64,000 nt of DNA, from positions 26,742,070 to 26,806,069 of the forward strand of contig NC_057746.1 of the NCBI RefSeq assembly GCF_004010195.1, given 5' to 3'. The notes below the pieces were generated by a model, which searched no databases, was not told where the DNA came from, and was given only the letters and a program-made list of their open reading frames with translations. Each line of letters opens with the position of its first letter. Within the stretch, counting starts at the first letter, position 1. This DNA is from Chiloscyllium plagiosum (lineage: Eukaryota). Below are positions 24,401 to 33,769 of the stretch, one piece after another. The position numbers and the translations under genes were made by a program.

Positions 24401-26154
24401 TCTTCCGAATGTATAGGAGTAAAGATTGCCATTTGAATAGTTCCTTTTTTATAAAATTCTCAATTTTCATGATGGGTTGGCACTTTCAGAGGGAGAGGGA
24501 AAATTTACATTTGAACAAGTATTAGGGAATTTGTCATTCGTTTTACCTTTTTCAATTTGCATTTCAACTTGAAGTAATACTCTGAATATTTCAGTACTTC
24601 TAAGTCATGAATTTCAAAGCTCCTCAGAGCGCTATTGGTTCTGCTTGTAGAATGTGACAAAAAAAGCAATTCAGCCATTGCTTCCGTTTGCAAATATTAT
24701 AAAGGTCAATGATAAACTGTGTGGTTACCTTTTAGTGTACACAGTAACTTTAAGTGGGACACTGCAACCTATAAACATTTGCAGCAGCAGATACTTCAGA
24801 AGTTATTTCATCATCAGAATATTAAGCACAACATGCTTAACAGCTCCGATCACGCAAATATGATATAGGATACAAAATGTCAAATGGAAATAACCCTACT
24901 GCACCCATTTAATGGAATATTTTATTTTGCCACTCTGTAGAAATTGCTTAATAATCATATTAAGATTAAAGTTCCATATTCGGCCTTACAATTCCTAACC
25001 CCCCACTATGGACTTTGCAATATATTTTAACATAAAAAGTGTGCTGAATTAGGCAGTCTCTGCTGTTTGGATGGAGCATTATGTTTTCTAGAGAGCGTCA
25101 CACCTGCCACCTACTCGCCAAAACTCTAGGGTGGTTGATGTAGGAAATTCTTGGGGTGTCTTGCTTGCCTGTGGGCCTATTCAGGCAGTTAGGTAACCAG
25201 GAACACGTAGAAGGAACAATATCAATCGGGACGCATGGCATTCACTCCTCCCTTTTCTGTGGACTGCCAAGCTTGCTCTGTGTTCTTTGAGTGGGGGGAT
25301 TGCCTGGAAGCGGCAGTCATTGCCAGCAGCAGTACCAGCAAGTTTTATTGGCTTGCAACTCTACCCATGTAGGAATTGTGCACCTTTACCCAATTCTATA
25401 TAAAATCGGGGGGCAATTGAATTCGAAACGTCTTCACCAGTTTATACATCTCGGAGAGTATATGGTTGATTGCACTAACGGAAAGTTTCTTTTGAAGAAA
25501 CTCAAGAAGCTGATTAGGTTTTTCTTTGCAATTGATTTCCAAACTGAAAAAGTCACATCCATTATGTTTATAAAATAAGGATCATCCTTTTGGATGTCTC
25601 CAAAAAGCAATACTAGGTGTATGAATGTCACTGAGATCAGTCTTTGTTGTATAATTGCAAATGCAATATCGCATTCATTCAACACGAATTACTTTCCTGT
25701 TGCTTACTTCTTCTTTTCCTCATTATTTATTCCAATCAGCACTGGGATTGTTTCATTAATCTTCTTTCACTTCATACAACACCCTACACTTGCTCGTTCT
25801 TTCCTTGCTGCTCAAACGTTTACATTCTGGACACCAACTCGAGAGTCAACTGTGATTTTAAGGAATTGTTGACCTTAATACATGTTTTGCAACGGCTTAA
25901 TTTTGTACACCACAATTTCAGGTAGATATAAATGTTAACTCTATAACTGAAGGAAAGGATGGAAATGTTGAGTTACAAATGCTCACTACACAAATTAAAT
26001 GAGTGAAAGAATACCTTATTTTGGTAACAAGACTAACGAATATAATATTCATGTTTTTTTTTCAAAGCGTGATGATGCTTACCTTCACTGCCATGGCAAT
26101 GAACCCAAACCAAAGAAAAAACGCCCACATCCTCCAAGGAGAAACGTGGAGTAG
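6435..26154 (+). CDS. NCR3: Gene A: NKp30/NCR3-like single VJ-type Ig-domain type I membrane receptor (multi-exon span; ~241 aa model)
   Basis: Phase-compatible GT-AG exon chain 6435-6495, 10222-10545, 10854-10988, 12565-12583, 12669-12703, 15171-15188, 24115-24161, 26068-26154 (726 nt, ends TAG). The V-domain end CEIEIMGKQKSTGNGTMVTVE resembles human NKp30 CRVEVLGLGVGTGNGTRLVVE as recalled. The symbol means NCR3-like; orthology is not shown. Confidence 0.7.
7290..8270 (+). mobile_element. Old CR1 3' fragment interrupted by a SINE and a degenerate PLE-terminus element (~7850-8045)
   Basis: Remnant ALDRVHKKFTRIVPRM frame and a CR1-type 3' end. Confidence 0.55.
7444..7710 (-). mobile_element. 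HE1-like tRNA-derived shark SINE
   Basis: Reverse strand GTGGCTCAGTGGTTAGCACTGCT head, TTCAATTCC B box, CR1-like 3' tail; similar to copies at 17555 and 31895. Confidence 0.8.
10222..10545 (+). CDS. NCR3: Gene A exon 2, IgV (VJ-type) domain, NKp30-like
   Basis: Acceptor ttag|GT and donor C|GTAAGG. Motifs VQAP..GQSVILNC, YSW, ASIQI, DSGRYFC and G-x-G-T (GNGT)-x-V-T-V are all in one exon. Confidence 0.93.
10854..10988 (+). CDS. Gene A exon 3, stalk plus transmembrane (HACDKERPLKALPFDWIWIAVAGGVTLLVTLSLLVVIIILARRNK)
   Basis: Polypyrimidine tract with tacag acceptor, phase 1 to 1, ~26-residue hydrophobic helix followed by RRNK, donor AAG|GTATTG. Confidence 0.9.
11626..12196 (-). mobile_element. 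Solo LTR related to the LTRs of the Gypsy element at 40912-46503
   Basis: Both ends align to the reverse complement of the 40912-41522 LTR; flanked by tatga (11621-11625, 12197-12201). Confidence 0.8.
12565..12583 (+). CDS. Gene A cytoplasmic micro-exon (AYALLVR)
   Basis: ttttcttgcag acceptor, AG|GTTAGT donor, phase 1 to 2; an 85-nt intron leads to the next phase-matched exon. Confidence 0.65.
12669..12703 (+). CDS. Gene A cytoplasmic exon (ECSSFDFAKEQ)
   Basis: ttctacag acceptor, strong G|GTAAGT donor, phase 2 to 1, open frame. Confidence 0.7.
13068..13939 (+). mobile_element. Neptune-like PLE 3' fragment (GIY-YIG) with 5' inversion and hammerhead core
   Basis: 15-bp TSD aactatccatgtagg (13053-13067, 13940-13954). 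FTC.STNIIYCIRCSQCG reads on +, while the upstream PGTFPCHRRN segment reads on - (13068-~13250). CTGATGAAGGGCTTTTGTCCGAAACGTC at 13814-13841. Confidence 0.88.
15171..15188 (+). CDS. Gene A candidate cytoplasmic micro-exon (DIDEEK); alternative phase-2 acceptor at 15129/15130
   Basis: tttcctttcctgacag acceptor and AAG|GTATTT donor. Symmetric phase 1, so it is not needed to keep the frame. Confidence 0.4.
15686..15850 (+). mobile_element. HE1-like SINE 3' half
   Basis: gctaaaattgccc..gtgtccagggatgtg..gaagggctgtttccaca..ttctatga tail. Confidence 0.65.
16320..16908 (-). mobile_element. Poseidon/Penelope-type PLE 3' fragment, open GIY-YIG endonuclease frame plus hammerhead
   Basis: NVVYKIPCKDCTKHYIGQTGR..RIHEH..REFLEAWH; 14-bp TSD ttgtgggtctctgc (16306-16319, 16909-16922). 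Confidence 0.9.
16357..16396 (-). ncRNA. Minimal type-I hammerhead ribozyme motif of the PLE
   Basis: gcaCUGAGGAuGUCaCCUagacAGGgGACGAAACGUC|ugc: conserved core, stem II, 3-bp stem I. Confidence 0.7.
17066..17266 (+). mobile_element. tRNA-derived SINE (second family)
   Basis: TTAGCTCAATTGG A box and GGGTTCCATCC B-box-like motif; related copies at 55899-56095 (+) and ~55757-55880 (-). Confidence 0.6.
17555..17885 (-). mobile_element. HE1-like SINE, near full length
   Basis: Same family as 7444-7710. Confidence 0.8.
17900..20815 (+). mobile_element. Old, heavily decayed CR1 LINE with nested inserts
   Basis: Remnant PLFKK, KFADDTK motifs and a CR1-type 3' end (gaatggcctactcc..ctatgttcc). Confidence 0.7.
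20451..20666. mobile_element. Older palindromic PLE-terminus element nested in CR1
   Basis: 11-bp TSD aagttcaagat (20440-20450, 20667-20677), ~70-bp inverted arms, decayed GAGGAAGGGTC..GACCC(G/A)AAAC core. Confidence 0.75.
20870..23150 (-). mobile_element. CR1 LINE, decayed
   Basis: LQLYKTFVQPHLEYSVQFWSPY..RFTRMLPGL and GEVLNEYF on the minus strand. Confidence 0.88.
24115..24161 (+). CDS. Gene A cytoplasmic exon (AELPQRNKVRNPAQHQ), NAGNAG acceptor
   Basis: Pyrimidine tract then AAG|CAG| tandem acceptors in the same frame, donor CAG|GTAAAT, phase 1 to 0. Confidence 0.55.
26068..26154 (+). CDS. Gene A terminal coding exon (RDDAYLHCHGNEPKPKKKRPHPPRRNVE*)
   Basis: T-rich tract with caaag acceptor, phase 0, TAG stop, followed by a repeat-poor AT-rich stretch with AATAAA at 27263 and 27454. 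Confidence 0.55.
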   Translation, partial: RDDAYLHCHGNEPKPKKKRPHPPRRNVE

Positions 26155-28749
26155 ATCTCTTGTAATTAATTTAGTGTCAGACACCTAGCTCAACCATGTA
26201 ACCTTATCGAAAGAAAGTGTAAGATAAAAAATGAGCATATTACTTCCAACTTTTGGGTTTTGTGCACGAACTAGTTGTTGACCATTTATGTACATGTTGA
26301 ATGAAAACTTAACTATGTGACATCCCTTCTTTTACAATTTAACTTTCTTCAGTCTTTGGTATACTGTTACCAATAAGCAACTTATTGTTAACGATAATTG
26401 ATGCGAATGAAAAGTTTCATTCCACAAAAATACTTCCCAATAACTGAATATTTGGAAATATTACCACATATATGTGATTTATTTATTCAATTTGTTCCAT
26501 TTATTATTTGTATTTTCTCCGTGCCATATGACTTGCCTTATCAATCTCATGCTACAAGTGCTTCCTTCTTAGATTTCTATCTCGGACATGTACAGTCATA
26601 TTTTCATACCTGGCCAGGTCAATGAGTTTCAATCATATAGTAAGGCTTCCTCACTGTAAAAATAACATTAGGCTATGTATGGTTAATTGTGTCGATGCAC
26701 AAATGCCTAGCAGATAACATTTAGCACTGGTGCCCAAATATATACTATGGATTATCTGCAGGTTTACAAACCTAACAGCTGGTGAATTGGGAAGTCATTT
26801 CAAAACCCAAGCTTTCACTAGCTAGTCTAGAAGATGAGTGATAATGCCATCCCAAACTGGGAAAAAACACACAATAGATTGTATATGCCAATAAGTTGCT
26901 TCTAACTAACAACTGAAAATATAATGTAAAGTAAAATATACAGTTGAAATGATGCATATCTACCTCTGTATTGAGTTTAAAGTTTTAGACTCTCCAGTAG
27001 TACATGAACAATCTACAAGTAAAAGAAGACATTACAAAACTGGAATATTACAATTAACTATGCATTGAGGTAGATATGTATGCATGTCACGACGGAGCAA
27101 AATATACCAGATTGCTGTTATATGCTCTGTTACTTTCAAATTATTTATTGTGCAAAACATTGCATGAATAAGTTTACAAGAATGCTGTTTTCATATTTCA
27201 ATGCTTTTCTTTATGGTGATCAAATGCCACAGGTGATTTATTGGTAACCCGTATGGCTTATGAATAAATATTTTATTCTGCAACAAATGAGTGCTTAAAA
27301 TTTAATATGATACTGAAATACAAGTTTAAATGCATGAAGCCAATCTGCACTTGCACAATGTGTACAATTCCAACTTTGTCCAATTGAAGCCTAAATCAGG
27401 CCATTATTTATGTAATTTTTCTATGTCTCATTGTATTTACTGCTACATAGTTAAATAAATGCAACATTAATTATATTAATTAATTAATTTCTGCAGAGCA
27501 GCTCATCAAATGGTCAACATCTCAGAGAAAGTCTCAAGTCTGAATGGGAATGAAAGCAAATGCGAAGTGTTAGGAGCAGCGATGGAGGGAAGGGTAAAGG
27601 AATTAAGCGTAGTTTTATTGAGTGATATCAGGAAATAGCACTCCATACTATTGAATATAAGGAAATTAGTGATCCTCTCATTTCATTAGTCGAGGCAAAA
27701 AGCACCCCATGTGGTTGAGTTTTTGGAAATTTGACGTTCCTTTGTGTATCGGTTGAAGTCAAAATAATGGTCTCATTCGAAAAACATGGTTTGTTGGAAG
27801 ACAGAGGTAGTAGGTGTATATTGTTGTGCTATGGCCATATGACTCTTTCATATCATCCATTTTCTTGGGTAAACAATTGGAAGTTAAGTCTTTTAAAATG
27901 GCTTTTTAAAGGGAAGAGGAAGTAAAGTGTTTGAACTATATAATGACTATCTTAGGATTGGGGCATTATCATTGAATAAATAGCTATCTGTGACTTCTCT
28001 AAGAGATCATCATTGCACTGAGCATGACGTTATTATGTGTTTGGGTATCATTTCATCTGTGAGAGATTATGCGAATACAGCTTCAGTTTGAAGAGGTGGT
28101 ATGAGCTTTTTCTGTGTCACTCATTCTATGTGCAAACATTTGGTTCTGGAAAAGCAATGTCTGCCATAAGTATTACATTTAGAAAGTTGTCTCTCACCAG
28201 GTGTGTAGGATGACTTCTGTTGCACTGTGTTTGTAGGGTTGACATCTGTTTTGGAGCTTTTGAGACCACATGTACCGATGCAATGAACTTCCGCACAGAA
28301 CTGGTGTCATCCCTTTATTAATCATCACATAGATTTCTAACTTTTTATGATTTATGTAGGCAGTTTCCAAGTATATTTTGATCACATCTTACGTCTAAGC
28401 TCTGGGCGTCCTGAGGATATCTTGGAAAGGTTTAGCTCTACTTATACCATATTTTCGAAGATGTGACAAAACTTTGATCCTGCATAAATTCTCAAATGAG
28501 CTGAATCTTATTTTCTTGATCAACATTAGTATACTTGGCATATTTTCAAGAAATGACTGCTACATTTGGCGACTTTTATCGTTCCTTGGGATTCCAAAGA
28601 CACCAGAATTGAAAATTATTGGGATGTGGAAGTTGTCCAGGTCTCATTGCCTCAAACCATATGCTGGAGATGAAGGTGTTAAATCAATTTGAAATATTTC
28701 CATAACTGTATAATTAGTAAGTCAAATTTGTGAATGTCTTTCTAGTCTG

Positions 28750-28841
28750 ATTGTTTGTCACTGTACACCCAAGGTATTAGAATTGTCCGACTACCTCCGT
28801 GATGTGTTTCTGAATCTGATCACAGGCAAATGCACAAATCC
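28750..28841 (-). pseudogene. Probable decayed IgV exon start (GICAFACDQIQKHITEVVGQF*YLGCTVT), paralogue of gene A
   Basis: Phase-1 acceptor tttttcttcctcactattgtgacag. Aligns without gaps to gene A GMDAGDVVQAPKNIHIMQGQSVILNC (9 of 26 identical, same Q/G/L-x-C spacing), with an in-frame TAA. The rest of the domain is not clearly recoverable. Confidence 0.4.
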
Positions 28842-29772
28842 CTGTCACAATAGTGAGGAAGAAAAATACTATACAAGCATGAGACAGATAATACATTACG
28901 CTTTCGAGCTGGCCTTCTACGTTGGGCAGCGGGTTATGCATGATCAGCAGACAAAAAAGTCTTTCATCAAGTATACTACACTTCTGTCTTGGCTTTGAGT
29001 TTTGGGAGGTTTACTAGTTTTGTGTGTGATTATGTGCGTAGGTGCACATTTTCATTATCGCAGCGTAACAGAAAAAAATGAAAAGCAGTGCAGGGACCAA
29101 AGTGCAGACATGTTTCACCCCATCTTCGGCTTGAACATGGTTAAATGTATCATGAAATTGAATGGTACCTATGATTAAGGAGGATAATTCAATTAGATCC
29201 TGTGTGATATGACCAACGTTTGAAGGCTATTTGTTTTGTGAGCAACTACAATATATGTTACTGCGAAAGAAGTTTAAGTGTCATCAAAACTTTGCAGCAC
29301 ACCTGATCTTTTGTCTCTCAAAGCAGCATCAGAGCTGAGTACCTATCTTGCCTATCCCACTTATGGTGACAAATCATTTTGTGAAATCCACAAAAGGAAG
29401 GTATAGTTTTGTTGTTGCTCTGCACTTCTCTTGAACTGAGTTAATAAGAATAGTGTGCCTCCCGTGGATACACTTCTGCAAAAGACATACTGTGCCTCTA
29501 AATATATTTTCCTACTTAGTTGATGGAGTCACGTTGTAGTTACTGTGCCAAAGACTTCTTCAGTGACGCTCCCCAGTCTTTTTCCATGTAGGCTTCCCCG
29601 TCCTGTCATCTCAATTATCGTGAATTTCTTTACTTAAATACTATCCGAACTTAAGATCAGTTTGAGAATAATTTGGGCTCAGAGAAAAAAAAAGCTTCTG
29701 CAAAATATCAACATAGAGCTGATTTGTTTTTAAATTGCTACTAAGCACATCATGGTTTAGACTTATAATCAG

Positions 29773-29960
29773 GAGGAGAAAGTGAGGACTGCAGATGCTG
29801 GATATCAGAGTCGAGAGTGCGGTGTTGGAAAAGCACAGCAGGGCAGGCAGATTCCGAGGAACAGGAGAATCGACGTTTCGGGCATAACCCCTGATGAAAC
29901 GTCGATTCTCCTGCTCCTCGGATGCTGCTTTCGCTGCTGTGCTTTTCCCACACCACACTC
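29773..29960. mobile_element. Palindromic PLE-terminus element with centrally deleted hammerhead arms
   Basis: Same family as 2213 and 42219; arms meet at ggcataacccctgatgaaacgtc. Confidence 0.8.
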
Positions 29961-31894
29961 TTTACTTATTTTATAATTGCCTTATTATGCAACAGCTTAT
30001 TCGTTTGGATAAATATTGATTAATAATCTATTGATTTACGTTTGGCTGCTCAATGCTCATTATTTAATTAATTTCTGTCCATCACTACCATATTCAATCA
30101 AGAACTATGCCTGTAACAAAACTTATATCAAATACTATCTTACCAATCTGCGAATTCACCCATTTTGAACTTCGTATTTGTTCACAACGTTGTATAAATA
30201 CAAAGGCATTGATTCCTGGCTTCTGTCAATAAATTTTTTTTATAATTAGTCCCTATATTCGCAACTGTCCTTCTCCAAGTATTTGGTCGTTCTTGCATAT
30301 AATTTATTTTCCCGCATATGTCATGTGAAATTCTCAAAGTTTTATAGGTTAGAATGCTGCAGCCAATGAATTTCAATCATGACAAAGAATGCTGATAGTG
30401 GAATGCAAAAAAACTGAGAGAAAAAAAATAAATGAAACATCCTGAAGAGTAAAGTTGAAATATTGAAGCAAATTTAACTCAAAATTTCTTTTTGTAAACT
30501 GTATATTGCTTCTGTAAAGTTCCTTGGAATGTGGTATTCCAGCAAAGACTCCATTCAACTGTAAGTTCCAGTCATTGATGAAATATGATTCAATGTGCTC
30601 TTTAGTGGAATAGAGCTATGATATAAGCAAAATGCTAATTCAATAAGGTTATCTAATTTAAATATGTCACAAGTCAGCTTCATGTTTGAAGATCAAAAGA
30701 TAAATGTTTTTCATTTAATATCACTTCACACTGGCTTTGTCTGGAAAAAGAAACAGCGTCAGTTCAATACTTAGAAATGATATTTCTTAATCCGCCTTGG
30801 AGTTTGCAATTAGCGGTGGAAAACATTATTTGAACAACAGACTTATGTGCAAGTACTGTGGTTTCTGCTTGTTGTAAGTCAGTGACACCCACGTGCATTG
30901 CAGCCTATATTGAATTTCCACGCCAGAGTAACGGTGGTTTTGATTTAGCTGCGTTGTGAAATATTTTGTTGAAAAGTACATGAACAGTTGACTATAGCCT
31001 TTAATCAATTATGTGCATAAACACGGTCGGTGTGGTGGTTAAAGCTTTCAGTTTTTGAGTCACATCCGAGCGTTTGTAATAAATAAAGGCAGATTGCAAA
31101 ACTGCTGGCAACTTTAATGCCCGTTAAACTCAAATCAACAAAAATATTTAAACCATTCAGTTTAAATTAAACTACTAGTTTGAAAGGATATTTGAAAGTT
31201 GGAAGAACTTTCATCGTCCCAATGTATATCAGAAGCTGCAATATTTCTATGTGGAGCACACATGAATCAGGGCACGTTTCATGGTACTCTGTCGGAAAAA
31301 AATAATCTCAATTCACCTAAACAGCTCTTTCCGTGTTTCACTAATTGGCCTTAAGGAGAATATGACCTCAGAGGGCATCAGGAAGGGAGGAAGGAGAGAA
31401 ACGAAGGAATGATGTTAGTTCATAGCTAGTGTTGATGGCGTTCAGTCAGATTTAGCTATTTCAAGAAGTGACTCAGCATAGGCAGTTGATCAGATTGTAC
31501 CCGTCACACTTGTTGGAGGCAAACATAGAGGAGACAGGGAAAAAAGGCTGGAGAACCTGACCTGAAATAGTGGAAAAGATCATTGCATTCCAGGATGATT
31601 TTGGAATGGTGAACATTTTTAACAGACTAGAACATGATGTGACAATTGTCCACCACGTGTTTTGAATTCAATATAATTGAGATTTAGGGAAGATGGGATT
31701 AGGTTCAAATCAAGGTGAACAGAACGGCTGAAAGAAAGTAGAAGTTATATTCAGTATCAGAACTTCAACAGTGTGAGGAAGGGCACGATTGATAAAATCA
31801 GCCACTCTGTTGCTGTACAGATGTTATGGCAAATGGCAGTCTAACGGTGTAGGGAGCTCATGAACTTCATTGTCACTTTAATGGGGCATCATGT

Positions 31895-32180
31895 GATGGC
31901 ACAATGGCTCAGTGGTTAGTGCCAGGGACCAGGGTTGGATTCTAAATTTATGGGATTGTATGTTCTCCCTGTTTCTGCCGGGTACTCTGGTTGTCTTTCA
32001 CAGTCCAAAGATTTATAGCATAGGTGGATTGACCATACCAAATTGCCCCATAGTGTCCAGGATGAGCGTGGCTAGATTAGTCATAGTAAATGCGGAGTTA
32101 AAGAAAGTGGGTGAGGGGCTGAGTGTGGGTGGGATGCTTTTCAGAGTGTCAGTGCAGACTCGATAGGCCAAATCGGGTTT
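31895..32180 (+). mobile_element. Degenerate HE1-like SINE
   Basis: atggcacaatggctcagtggttagtgccagggacc head and cagtccaaagat core. Confidence 0.65.
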
Positions 32181-32415
32181 TATGACAATCCAATCAACTG
32201 CCTCTGCTAAATCACTTCTTTCAATAGCCAATGTGTTTGAATCTTTTCCAAACTTCTCCAGATCCCTCTACTCTATTGGATCTACACTGCTAACCATATA
32301 GTTTCCTTTCCTGATCCATGTTTTAAATAATCTATAAAAGGTTTTGTTTCTTTTTGATTTGACCTGCTCTGATTTAAATACTATGAAAGTAACCTTATCC
32401 TAAAAGAAACAAAAA

Positions 32416-32712
32416 CATAGAACATAGAACATAGAACAATACAGCACAGAACAGGCCCCTCGGCCCACGATGTTGTGCCGAACTTCTAACCTAGATTAAG
32501 TACCCATCCATGTACCTATCCAAATGCCGCTTAAAGGTCGCCAATGATTCCGACTCTACCACTCCCACGGGCAGCGCATTCCATGCCCCCACCACTCTCT
32601 GGGTAAATAACCCACCCCTGACATCTCCCCTATACCTTCCATCCTTCACCTTAAATTTATGTCCCCTTGTAACACTCTGCTGTACCCGGGGAAAAAGTTT
32701 CTGACTGTCTTG
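32416..32712 (-). mobile_element. Young CR1 3' end
   Basis: TRGHKFKV..FTQRVVGAWNALP; (CATAGAA)n tail. Confidence 0.9.
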
Positions 32713-33769
32713 ACAGTCATTCTCCAACTACTGTTCTGTCTTTTGTCACCTGTAAAAACGTTATTTTCGTGCGTGAAACAGAGCACAAATCTAATCAGAG
32801 AAACTTTACTTCCTTCCAGTCCACGTGAAAGGATATCACTACTCTTTACATTCTATAAATCTCAACCTCCTCTGAAAATTTCCTATCTACACAGTTGCAA
32901 ATCCACTAAGCGTATGACCTTCAGTTTTGGTAGCATCTGAAATAAGACTCCTTGCACCACCTTCCTCCCAACCCACCCCCCCCCCCCTCGTGTCACACAC
33001 ACACACACACACACTCCGACACATACCCTTTGGCATTTTCCATTGGTTCCCTACATGATTTCTCTTGGATTCCTCGTTCAAAAACACAGAACTATTTTTC
33101 AGATGAATGATGATGGCATCCAGGTGAAGTTTACCATTATACCTAACTTTTTCTAAGCAGCAAAACTGTTTTTTTGATGTTCAAAACACTGTAGCCCCTT
33201 TAGAAACCATATGCCACAGCAACGGCTTAAGGGCTGACCCAAATATTCACAGCCTTGGTTTCATTTTGATCCCACTTGTGCTCTTACAAATGCCTAACTA
33301 CAATGTTAAGACAAAAATATTTCCTCACTTGTAAATTGTCCAACCTTTCAGCCTTAAGATTTAAATATTCTATTCCTGTCGGGCATCTCATATTCGCCCT
33401 TCCTTTTTAAAGTGTATTCTTTAGAATGTGGGAATCTTAAGAAAAGAAATATTATTGCATTTTTGTAATTGATCTTCGACAGAATCACATGTTCAACCCC
33501 TTCAGAGCATAGATAATAATTAACCACATTGTTACAGATTGGAATCTCATGTAGGCAACATCAGATAAGGGTGACGAATTTGATTCCTTAAAGGACGTTA
33601 GTAAACCAAATTGTTTTTAGCAACAATTAACAATAATTTCGTGTTTGCCATTACTGAGAATAACTCCGTACTCATCCTACACGCCTTTGAATTGGAAGAA
33701 GAGATACTGACAATTTTGATGCAATTACCAGAATGATTTTTGAGTGTTTTTTGACAAGCTGAAATTTTA

